Assembly (NCBI GenBank): GCA_038523235.1
Contig: JBCBJQ010000107.1
Location: 1 to 19,800, forward strand
Reading direction: 5' to 3'
Source: Cyanobacteria bacterium J06626_4
GTDB lineage: Bacteria; Cyanobacteriota; Cyanobacteriia; Phormidesmidales; Phormidesmidaceae
Length of the DNA stretch: 19,800 nt
The notes below the pieces were generated by a model. The model was given only the letters and a program-made list of their open reading frames with translations. It had not been told where the DNA came from and did no database searches. Positions within the stretch are counted from its first letter, which is position 1. The number at the start of each line of letters is the position of its first letter. The translations under genes were made by a program, and so were the position numbers. This document shows, piece after piece, positions 1 through 7,634 of this stretch.

Positions 1-1
1 T

Positions 2-514
2 AAGGCCATTGATCCCGAAGGCTGGTTTGATACAGGCGATATTGGCTGGCTAGCAGACGATGGCAGCCTTATCCTGACCGGCAGAGCCAAGGATACGATC
101 GTCCTCAGCAATGGCGAAAACATTGAGCCCCAACCGATCGAAGATGCCTGTTTACGCAGTTCATTGATCGATCAAATTGTTCTGGTTGGGCAAGATCGAA
201 AAGCCCTGGGAGCCTTGATTGTGCCTAATCTGGAAGCCCTGCAAGCCTGGGGATTAGCGCAATCACCGCCGTTGATGATGGGGGAGAATGAAGCGATCGC
301 ACCCAACAACCTCATTATCTACAATCTCCTGCGCCAGGAACTCAACCGAGAAGTGCGCGATCGCCCCGGCTACCGTTCCCAGGATGAGATTGCTGCATTT
401 ACGCTGTTACCGGAGCCCATGACGATCGAAAATGGTTTGCTCACCCAAACGCTCAAAATTCGCCGCAATGTGGTTATGGATCGTCACTCTGAGATGATTC
501 AGGGGTTATTTTAG
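2..514 (+). CDS. aas: AMP-dependent long-chain acyl-ACP/acyl-CoA synthetase, 3' part (starts before the window)
   Basis: Frame is open from base 2: KAIDPEGWFDTGDIGW...LTGRAKDTIVLSNGENIEPQPIEDAC...ENGLLTQTLKIRR. These are typical C-terminal motifs of cyanobacterial Aas/FadD-like enzymes. Confidence 0.9.
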   Translation, partial: KAIDPEGWFDTGDIGWLADDGSLILTGRAKDTIVLSNGENIEPQPIEDACLRSSLIDQIVLVGQDRKALGALIVPNLEALQAWGLAQSPPLMMGENEAIAPNNLIIYNLLRQELNREVRDRPGYRSQDEIAAFTLLPEPMTIENGLLTQTLKIRRNVVMDRHSEMIQGLF

Positions 515-688
515 CGTTACCAATTGATAGAGTTGAGGCGATCGCGCACCGGACACTATTGTCTCAATTCATGCAAGAGGTCTAATCATCCAATCCCCCC
601 TGCCACGAGAACTTCATCAACTCTTTAACGGCGACGCCTCGTGTCTGTGATAGCACATAGACAGATCTTCCCTCACCAGGAGTCGATT

Positions 689-1744
689 ATGGCCAATCGT
701 GTGTCGGTCCGATCGTTTGCAAGCAGCCTACTGCTCGTAGCGGCAATCGGGAGTCCTACCATTGCTGCCGAGTTTACAGGAGCCCCTCTTTTTACTGAGA
801 TTGACCAGTACTCAACTCTGATTAATGACGACCCGACGGATATCTACTATCCGGTGGTCTCTGAGCCGGATACCTCCACACCGATCATCTTGATGCTTCA
901 GGGGGCGCTGGTCGATCAAGCCGATTACAGCAATTACGCTCAGGTCGTCTCTAGCTATGGCTTTACGGTGGTTGTGCCCAATAACCTGCGATCGCTCTCT
1001 GTGCCGGGTGCGCCGCCGTTCACCGGTTTGTTTTCGGAGCAAGACCAGGTCAATCAGGTCTTAGAGTTTGCCAAGTTAGAAAATGCGGATCTGGATTCTC
1101 CTGTTGCCGGACTGCTGGATACAGACTCTTTGGGGCTGCTGGGGCATTCCTTTGGTGGTGCGGTGGGTTTAGGTTCAGTTCAGGACAACTGCTTTTTTAT
1201 TCTCTGTGCTGACAGCTATAGTCTGCCTTCAGAGCTAAAAGCCGGTATCTTTTACGGAGCTAATTTTGACCCGGCCAACACGGGCGTTATTCCCCCTGTT
1301 GGTAACCAGGTGCCCACGGGCCTAATTTTTGGCACCCTGGATGGAGTTGCGTCTCCGGCCGAGACGGTAACCACGTTTGAGCAACTCCAGAACCCACCCA
1401 AAGTTCTAGTTGAGGTGGAAGGGGCCAATCACTACGGCATTACCAACTCCGATTCGTTCCGTGATCCAGTTCGACCAACGCTGGAGCAGGCGATCGCCAC
1501 AGAAACGATTGGGCGCTGGAGTGGAGCCTTTTTGCGGGCTCACGTGTCAGATGATGCCGACGCTTGGGACTACGTCTACACGGGCATAGGCGACGACCGC
1601 GATGCCACGGTAAACGTCACGGCGGAGCCTGTGGCGGTACCTGAACCGTCAAGCGCGATCGGGCTGATCGCAGCAGGGGTTTTGGGTGGTGTTATGCTGC
1701 GGCGTCAAACGCTCAGGTCTCGGCACATTAGACCTCTTGCATAA
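689..1744 (+). CDS. Secreted chlorophyllase/cutinase-like alpha/beta hydrolase with PEP-CTERM sorting signal
   Basis: AGGAG at 678-682 precedes ATG 689. It has a hydrophobic signal peptide, GHSFGG nucleophile elbow, candidate Asp (GTLDGVA) and His (GANHYGIT), and C-terminal VPEPSS + TM helix + RRQ. Confidence 0.88.
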   Translation: MANRVSVRSFASSLLLVAAIGSPTIAAEFTGAPLFTEIDQYSTLINDDPTDIYYPVVSEPDTSTPIILMLQGALVDQADYSNYAQVVSSYGFTVVVPNNLRSLSVPGAPPFTGLFSEQDQVNQVLEFAKLENADLDSPVAGLLDTDSLGLLGHSFGGAVGLGSVQDNCFFILCADSYSLPSELKAGIFYGANFDPANTGVIPPVGNQVPTGLIFGTLDGVASPAETVTTFEQLQNPPKVLVEVEGANHYGITNSDSFRDPVRPTLEQAIATETIGRWSGAFLRAHVSDDADAWDYVYTGIGDDRDATVNVTAEPVAVPEPSSAIGLIAAGVLGGVMLRRQTLRSRHIRPLA

Positions 1745-1955
1745 ATCAAATTGACAGGCCCATTTCGTAGTTGAGAATGCCTGCCAGCAGATGAAGTCGG
1801 AGTCCAAATCGTCGACGTCGATTGCGGTAGCGTTCGGCAAAGATGCGAAATCGCTGGAGACGGCGAATGCTGTGCTCCACTCGGATGTGCAACTTTGCTC
1901 GTGCCCGGTTGCTCTGCTTGTCACCTGGGGCATGGGTTGACGCGGTGGTTTCGGT
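1729..1955 (-). mobile_element. IS5-family-like (DDE_Tnp_4-type) insertion sequence remnant: transposase C-terminus plus right end
   Basis: Minus strand reads PKPPRQP/(frameshift)/DKQSNRARAKLHIRVEHSIRRLQRFRIFAERYRNRRRRFGLRLHLLAGILNYE*, matching the C-terminus of cyanobacterial IS5-type transposases. The stop abuts TAGACCTCTTGCATAAATC (1729-1747), which resembles a terminal inverted repeat. Confidence 0.8.
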
Positions 1956-2849
1956 GGCAACGGGCATGTGCGCCCTCGCCCAGGGTAGCGATATGGGTGG
2001 CTCTGTCAGAACATCAGCTAGCTTTTGTGGGACTATCTCGACACCGATGGCATTTTGGCACGCACCGTCGAAGATGCTGCACTCATGCTCTCGGTGATGG
2101 CCGTTGGGGACGCTGCTGATCCAATCGCGATCGCCGCCCCGTGGTCACTACCCACCTTCGATGCCACTGTCGTTGACCAGCTCACGGGTAAAGTCCGCGT
2201 AGGCTTCAGCGCCGATTTGGGTATTACGCCCGTTGATGCGGAGGTGCAAGCGATATTTAAACAGGCGATCGCCCGTTTGACGCCTCTCTGCCAACAAATC
2301 ACCCCATCCCATCCCGATTGTTCAATGGCGCAACCGGCCTTCGAGACGATGCGGGCGGCGCTCCTCTGCTACAAGCAAAAGCACCACTACGAACAGCATT
2401 TCGACCAGCTCACCGACACCGTCCGGTGGAATGTCGCCCGTGGTCAAGACCTCTCTGCGACTGATTTCCTGACCGCCTCTGCCCAACGTGACCAGCTCTA
2501 CCGCAACTTTCTGACCTTCTTTGAAACCCACGACATTCTGGCGATCGTCAGCGCCTGTGTGCCGCCCTTTCGCCATACTCAACCAGAGGTGTTTATGGTC
2601 AACGACACGCCCTTGCGCCACATCATCGACTACCTCACCATCACCTACACACTTTCGCTGACGGGCTGCTCCGCCCTCTCAATTCCCTGTGGCTGGACGG
2701 CGTCAGGACTGCCTGTTGGGATGCAGCTCATTGGGCCACCCCACGGCGAAGCGACCCTGCTGCAATTTGCCTACGCTCTGCAGGAAGCTCTGGGGTTTTG
2801 CCATCACTGGCCTGAAGATCGTGTTTGTAATACGCCCCGTCCAAGTTGA
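1954..2849 (+). pseudogene. Amidase-signature family amidase, 5'-truncated with internal deletion/frameshift
   Basis: VATGMCALAQGSDMGGSVRTSASFCG (1954-2031) lies in one frame. WDYLDTDGILARTVEDAALML...SLTGCSALSIPCGWTASGLPVGMQLIG lies in another. The catalytic Lys and the GGSSGG segment are absent. Confidence 0.88.
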
Positions 2850-3056
2850 AGATTTGAGTTCTGAGCGCCTGTATGGCTTAGTTATCGCAGCGGAAAAATT
2901 CTGGCCGTTAAGACTCAAAAATAGTTTGTGCCTGATTTTGAACTACATCGCTCAAAAGTCATGGTTTGAATCGCCTGAGTTGTCGTTCACTCGATTTTGA
3001 TGAACCCTTGCTGTACCTAGTGAGTGTTTGCCGCTTATGGGCAACTATTCGGTTAT

Positions 3057-3141
3057 TTTTAACGGTGAAGTGCAGCGGCGGTAGATCACCTCAATTTTCA
3101 CAGATATCTTCTGTTCCGTCCGCTGCCACGCAGTGTTAGGC
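3057..3141 (-). mobile_element. Integron attC recombination site (85 bp)
   Basis: Begins 3 nt after the PIN gene stop. Minus strand: R'' GCCTAAC, 5 nt, GTG[G]CAGCGG[A]CGG, loop, CCGCCGCTGCAC, 6 nt, R' GTTAAAA. It has canonical 5/6-nt spacers and two extrahelical bases. Confidence 0.85.
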
Positions 3142-3144
3142 GGT

Positions 3145-3525
3145 TCAGCGACTATAAGGTTGCTCTAGACTTAACCTCGGAATGATTCGATAGTGCTTCA
3201 CATTGAAAGTACAGAGAGTTGCATTACGCCCAACGGCACAAGCAGCGATCAAGGCATCAATCAGGCCGACCTTATGGGACAGATGATAGGCGGTGAAATC
3301 AGACAGAGCACGGGCACAGTCAGTTTCAGTAGGCCAGACGATTGGCAAAGGAGCCACCATCTGTAGAACTTTACGAACCTGCTGCTTGTTCTGAGCGTCC
3401 TGAATCAGTTCCATCACAACAAAGCCGGGAATGCTCGGCAGTTCTGAAACGGAGGCAAACCACGCGAGTGCAGGCGCGTAACTGCGCTGGATGTCAATCA
3501 TGACATCAGTATCAACCAAGTATAT
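3145..3525 (-). CDS. vapC: PIN-domain (VapC-type) toxin; start either ATA 3525 or TTG 3519
   Basis: (I)YLVDTDVMID...MELIQD...GLIDALIAACA...LCTFNVKHY carries the conserved acidic PIN residues. Confidence 0.88.
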   Translation of the reverse strand: MYLVDTDVMIDIQRSYAPALAWFASVSELPSIPGFVVMELIQDAQNKQQVRKVLQMVAPLPIVWPTETDCARALSDFTAYHLSHKVGLIDALIAACAVGRNATLCTFNVKHYRIIPRLSLEQPYSR

Positions 3526-3532
3526 TCGCTAT

Positions 3533-3799
3533 CTAAGCCTGCTGACGATGTTCGGCCTGGTCGCGCAACTTGCGTGCGTGTTCCTGACTATCCGTAATAT
3601 CAGGCCGAGAACCAACTACCCCAACGTTTTCCCAGTAAGTCACGAGTTCCACCCCTGTTTTGGGAGGATTTTGGAGAAAAGGGCGGAAGGCAAGGACGCG
3701 CAGAATATACTCTGCCAATGGAAGTTGGAGTTGAGATGCCTCAGTAGACAGTTCTTGTTCCAACTCTAAAGGCAGATCTAAGGTAATGTTCATAGCCAT
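3533..3799 (-). CDS. Putative antitoxin of the PIN toxin
   Basis: 88 aa with an RHH-like N-terminus (ITLDLPLELEQELSTEA). Lies 7 nt upstream of the PIN gene in the same orientation. Confidence 0.75.
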   Translation of the reverse strand: MAMNITLDLPLELEQELSTEASQLQLPLAEYILRVLAFRPFLQNPPKTGVELVTYWENVGVVGSRPDITDSQEHARKLRDQAEHRQQA

Positions 3800-3817
3800 G
3801 TTTTTCTCTGATAACCT

Positions 3818-3846
3818 TTTCTATGGAGCATCCTGACCACTTTCAA
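3818..3846 (-). promoter_or_regulatory. Putative sigma70 promoter of the TA operon
   Basis: TTGAAA-17 nt-TAGAAA on the minus strand, ending 19 nt upstream of the antitoxin ATG. Confidence 0.5.
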
Positions 3847-3972
3847 TATTGTGCAGCCCACTTCGGAAGGGTTACCGCAGCAGCAGACATGCCCGATTGA
3901 AACTGGAAGAGAGCCTGAATGCGAGCCAGACAAGTCGGAACCGAAACCGTACAGCCCCTCAAAAAGGAGGTT

Positions 3973-4650
3973 TTACAGCTGGTGGTGCTCATCCCGTCCA
4001 GAGTTAATGATCTTCAGCAAGCCATGAGCCGAAGATAATGTGAAATCGTACAAGCTTCTGATTTCTTCAACTGATCCTTGTTCTACGATATTCATATAGT
4101 GTCTAATCTCCTCCTTGACTGTAGAAGCACTCTCCCAATCCATCTTCTGATGATTGATCCACATGTCTCTGAGTAGCTCAAACAGTAACCTGGCAGAGAG
4201 AATTGAAATTCTAGCTTTATCCTCATTAATGACCTCAGCTGGGTCTAGCACCCCTTGTTCATTATGGGAAACATACAGACTGTTATTTTTCAGATCATTT
4301 AATGCCTTTGCATAAGAATCCACCATCTCTATAGAAACCACAGAACTATTTAATCCTGACATGGATAAAAGCCAAATTTCGCTGTTCGTGATCTTAGCTT
4401 TGTGGTTCCGAAATCTTTTCCAAAAACTATTCCAGTCAATCTGTAAATTTGACTTCAACTTCCCATCTAGTGCCATGAGCATGACGACTTTTGATAACTC
4501 CTCACGTGCTAAATGAGAAAGTGTAAAAGCTCTAGCGTATTTTGCCGCTTGAAATAGAATTGCAGACTCCTCGGTCAAGTTATCCGCATTAGAAATCAGC
4601 TTTTCAACACTTTCTTTGATTTCTTCCTCGTTTAGCTTGTTGACAGACAT
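3973..4650 (-). CDS. AbiV-family (HEPN-like) abortive infection protein
   Basis: NADNLTEESAILF...YARAFTLSHLAREELSK...FRNHKAK...LNDLKNNSLYV matches the AbiV family pattern. The gene is AT-rich. ATG 4650 preferred over TTG 4665. Confidence 0.75.
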   Translation of the reverse strand: MSVNKLNEEEIKESVEKLISNADNLTEESAILFQAAKYARAFTLSHLAREELSKVVMLMALDGKLKSNLQIDWNSFWKRFRNHKAKITNSEIWLLSMSGLNSSVVSIEMVDSYAKALNDLKNNSLYVSHNEQGVLDPAEVINEDKARISILSARLLFELLRDMWINHQKMDWESASTVKEEIRHYMNIVEQGSVEEIRSLYDFTLSSAHGLLKIINSGRDEHHQL

Positions 4651-4816
4651 TTTTCTTGAAACCAAAATTTTTTAAGATTTCTAGGATCATCTCAGAAGAT
4701 CTGAAAATCAATATTTTTCCTTGGCTAATCTGAAGCTGTCAAGGATAGAATCTCCGATGTTTCACTTTAGCGATATTCTATATTCTTACCTCTCGGCATA
4801 GGCCAAAACTGTTGCC

Positions 4817-4855
4817 GCCTAACAACTTAATAGAGAGAAACTTTCCACCTAACAC
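4817..4855 (-). mobile_element. attI-like site A (heads the AbiV/TA cassette)
   Basis: Minus strand GTGTTAGGTGGAA-N11-ATTAAGTT-GTTAGGC has the same 39-bp layout as the site beside the intI remnant. GTTAGGCGG is complementary to CCGCCTAAC of the downstream attC. Confidence 0.6.
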
Positions 4856-5142
4856 GATGGACTCCCAAAGTCATCAGGACAACTATACCGCAAGGCTTTC
4901 AATGGCTTTCAAACCCATTCTGAGATGGGCGGTTATGTGGAATAGTATTACCGTCTTCTGCAAGAACATATTTAGAGATTGGTTGCCCCGCTCCGAAAAC
5001 ATTCCAGTCTTAACGACCATAATTTGTTCGCTGCTAAAACTAAGCCACAATATGAAGCTGCTCTAAGCGAAGCCAAGCCTCGGGCAATTGGTCGATTAAA
5101 GTGGAACTAAACCGTAGTAATGATGTTCGCCTCGGTTTGCCC

Positions 5143-5682
5143 GTGCCAATACCTAAAAGATCTCACCCTCATAGCTGGTCGGACACCGATCCGGGTTTGC
5201 GCCGTACCATCGCTCGCCTGGCGCAAAGCCTAGAGCGCGATGCAATGGTTGAGCAAGTAACAACTGACGTGCAGCATCAACTGCAAGTGGATCGGGTGGT
5301 ACTGTATTACTTCTATCGACAGTGGGAAGGTCAGGTCACCTTTGAAGCCTTGAGTGACCCTCGCTATTCCATCTTTGGGTCAACAGGTCCCGATGAGTGC
5401 TTTAACGATGAATATGCAGAGCTTTATCTAGCGGGACGGGTGCGGGCGATCGCGGATATCGAAGCTGACCCCATTGCTGACTGTCATCGCGACTTTCTGC
5501 GTGAGCTGCAGGTACGGGCTAATTTAGTGGTGCCGGTACTAATCCCGCAAGGTCTCTGGGGGTTGCTCGTGGCCCACCACTGTCAATCAGTGCGTCCCTG
5601 GTCAGATGCGGATATCGCGTCAATGCAGGCTGGTGCCGAGCAGCTTGCCACAGCCCCAGCCATTCGCGACGAGATGACCTAA
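5143..5682 (+). CDS. Stand-alone cyanobacteriochrome-like GAF protein (DXCF type); start uncertain (GTG 5143 or 5101)
   Basis: LQVDRVVLYYF...GPDECF...DCHRDFLRELQVRANLVVPV...LWGLLVAHHC is a CBCR GAF signature with DXCF and CH cysteines. Confidence 0.85.
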   Translation: MPIPKRSHPHSWSDTDPGLRRTIARLAQSLERDAMVEQVTTDVQHQLQVDRVVLYYFYRQWEGQVTFEALSDPRYSIFGSTGPDECFNDEYAELYLAGRVRAIADIEADPIADCHRDFLRELQVRANLVVPVLIPQGLWGLLVAHHCQSVRPWSDADIASMQAGAEQLATAPAIRDEMT

Positions 5683-5819
5683 CAGGAATGGTTGCCCCGC
5701 GCCGCAAATATCCCAGCCTTAACGACCAGAATTTTTCCGAGGAGCAAAACCAGGTGTTTTCCTAAACCGATCCTTCTTCAAGGAGAGGTGCCGCAAGCGG
5801 TGAGGTATGGTCAGGCACA

Positions 5820-5841
5820 AAATTCCAGATCTGAATCTGGA
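5820..5841 (-). terminator. Possible terminator hairpin downstream of ABC operon
   Basis: TCCAGAT-4 nt-ATCTGGA followed by ATTTTG on the minus strand, between convergent genes. Confidence 0.35.
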
Positions 5842-5851
5842 GGCGGTTTAA

Positions 5852-6709
5852 TTAGCGATCGCTCACCACAAAGCGAGACAGGTTCACAAACCGTTCCATT
5901 GCCAGCATCAAGATGGCGGTGACGAATACCAGAACGCCCGCGATCGACGCTGCTCGCACATCCAAATTATTTTGCACCAACGTCCACATCCGTACGGGCA
6001 GCACCTGAGTCCGCGCATCCGACACGAATAGAGAAACTGTGATGTTGTCGAAGGAGGTCAAAAACGTAATAAAGCTCCCGGCAATCACGCCCTGCCGGGC
6101 TAAGGGAAACGTCACGTGGCGAAAGGTATACCAGGAACCAGCGCCCAAACTTGCTGAGGCATCCCGAAACGACGAACTCATCTGACTGAGGCTCACCAAA
6201 ATCGTTCGCACCAGGTAAGGAACCCCGACAACGATGTGGGAAATGATCAGCGTCGTCACCGACACCCGCCAACCGATGAAGTTAAAAAAGACCAGCAACG
6301 CCAAACCCACGGAGAGAGCAGGCATGGCCAGGGGAGACATGAACAAGGCTTCGAGGGACTGCGTCAAGGGGGTGCGTCGCTCACTAATGACTAGCGCTGC
6401 AGCAAACCCCAAGGCAATACAGGTCAACGTCGTCACCGTGGCGACCCAGAGACTATTCCAGGCCGCCGCCCAAAGCTCCGGCAATTCGCGCAAGGCAATG
6501 TACCACTTGATCGATAGACCAGCGGGCGGAAACTGCAAAGTTTCCCCCGAGGAGAAGGATGCAATCAAAATGATAATGGTCGGCGCGGTCAGCAACAGTA
6601 GTGCCGTGTAAGCGCCCAAGCGTAACGCGGCGTTGAAGGTGACACGACTCCAGTCCGTGGCGGACTTTTGGGGCGATCGCGCCGTGGGAGAAAGGGTCGG
6701 ATTTGCCAT
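5852..6709 (-). CDS. ABC transporter permease (PotC-like)
   Basis: FPPAGLSIKWY, multiple TM segments and an EAA-like loop (RDASASLGAGSWYTFRHVTFPL). GAGG precedes ATG 6709. Confidence 0.92.
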   Translation of the reverse strand: MANPTLSPTARSPQKSATDWSRVTFNAALRLGAYTALLLLTAPTIIILIASFSSGETLQFPPAGLSIKWYIALRELPELWAAAWNSLWVATVTTLTCIALGFAAALVISERRTPLTQSLEALFMSPLAMPALSVGLALLVFFNFIGWRVSVTTLIISHIVVGVPYLVRTILVSLSQMSSSFRDASASLGAGSWYTFRHVTFPLARQGVIAGSFITFLTSFDNITVSLFVSDARTQVLPVRMWTLVQNNLDVRAASIAGVLVFVTAILMLAMERFVNLSRFVVSDR

Positions 6710-6770
6710 CGCGAATACCTCAGAGACTGCACACATCGAAAACTGTGAGGGCGGCTGAACCGCCAGCGGC

Positions 6771-7634
6771 TTACGTGTGCGTATAGGAACGGGTCAAGCG
6801 TCCCAGGGAACTGAGCAAGACCACAACCAGCAACACCGTCACCAGCAACACAGTGGAAATGGTGGCCGCAAACGGAAAATCAAACAACGAAATCGCCTGC
6901 TGGTAGATATACATGGGCATAAACATGATGCGCCCCCCCCCAATCACCGATGGCGTAATAAAGGAGCTGACCGCCGCCGAAAAGACTAGCAAGGAACCGG
7001 AAATAATCCCCGGCAATGTCAACGGAAAGGTGATGCGCCAGAAGGTACGCCAGGACGTTCCCCCTAAGCTGGCAGAGGCCGATTCGAGATTTGGATCGAG
7101 TCGAGCCATGGAAGCAATCAGGGGCAAAATCATCAGCGGCATCTGAATCTGAGACAGCGCCGCTACCACACCATGGTGAGTCGATAACAGCCGGATCGGC
7201 TCCTCAATAATGGACAAGCTGAGCAGCGTGGAATTAATCAGCCCTTGTCGCCCCAAAATGACAATCCAGGCAAAGGTCCGCACCACGGCACTGGTCAGCA
7301 GCGGCAGCACAATCAAGAAGGTCAAAATGCTACGCCAGTTGCCAGGCCGCGTGCGGCTATGCAACAGCGCTAGGGGATAGCCCAACAAGAGGCAAACCAA
7401 TGTGGTTTTCACCCCCAGCCATACGGTTTCCCACAGCACTTTGAGGTTGAACCCATCGCCAAAAAATTTGACATATTGACTCGGACTCAAACCACCCCCA
7501 TCCCCACCGGGCGACAGGCTGGTGATGACCATCAGCACAATCGGGGCGAGATAAAAGGCCACTAAAAAAAGCGTCAGTGGGAGCACTAAACTCCACCCTT
7601 TTCCGGCTTTGAGGATCGCTTTGGCAGACGCCAT
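6771..7634 (-). CDS. ABC transporter permease (PotB-like)
   Basis: LPLLTSAVVRTFAWIVILGRQGLIN and EAA loop LESASASLGG...TFWRITFPL. Start overlaps the SBP stop. Confidence 0.92.
   Translation of the reverse strand: MASAKAILKAGKGWSLVLPLTLFLVAFYLAPIVLMVITSLSPGGDGGGLSPSQYVKFFGDGFNLKVLWETVWLGVKTTLVCLLLGYPLALLHSRTRPGNWRSILTFLIVLPLLTSAVVRTFAWIVILGRQGLINSTLLSLSIIEEPIRLLSTHHGVVAALSQIQMPLMILPLIASMARLDPNLESASASLGGTSWRTFWRITFPLTLPGIISGSLLVFSAAVSSFITPSVIGGGRIMFMPMYIYQQAISLFDFPFAATISTVLLVTVLLVVVLLSSLGRLTRSYTHT

Noticed and set aside
689..1744. Calling the hydrolase a PETase
   Set aside because: It has QGAL and GHSFGG rather than the PGY/F and GxSMGG typical of PET hydrolases; only fold-level similarity is supportable.
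3800..3972. Second attC between AbiV and antitoxin
   Set aside because: No RYYYAAC...GTT pair with an L-stem found; only a short CCTC/GAGG hairpin after the AbiV stop.
4963..4976. AGAACATATTTAGA as a cyanobacterial LexA box
   Set aside because: The right half-site deviates at three positions from GTACY, and there is no counterpart upstream of the intI remnant.
4812..5066. 84-aa ORF over attI-like site A, ending in MKLL* (5052-5066) as a possible intI start relic
   Set aside because: No IntI-like residues follow in any frame I read, and four residues are not evidence.
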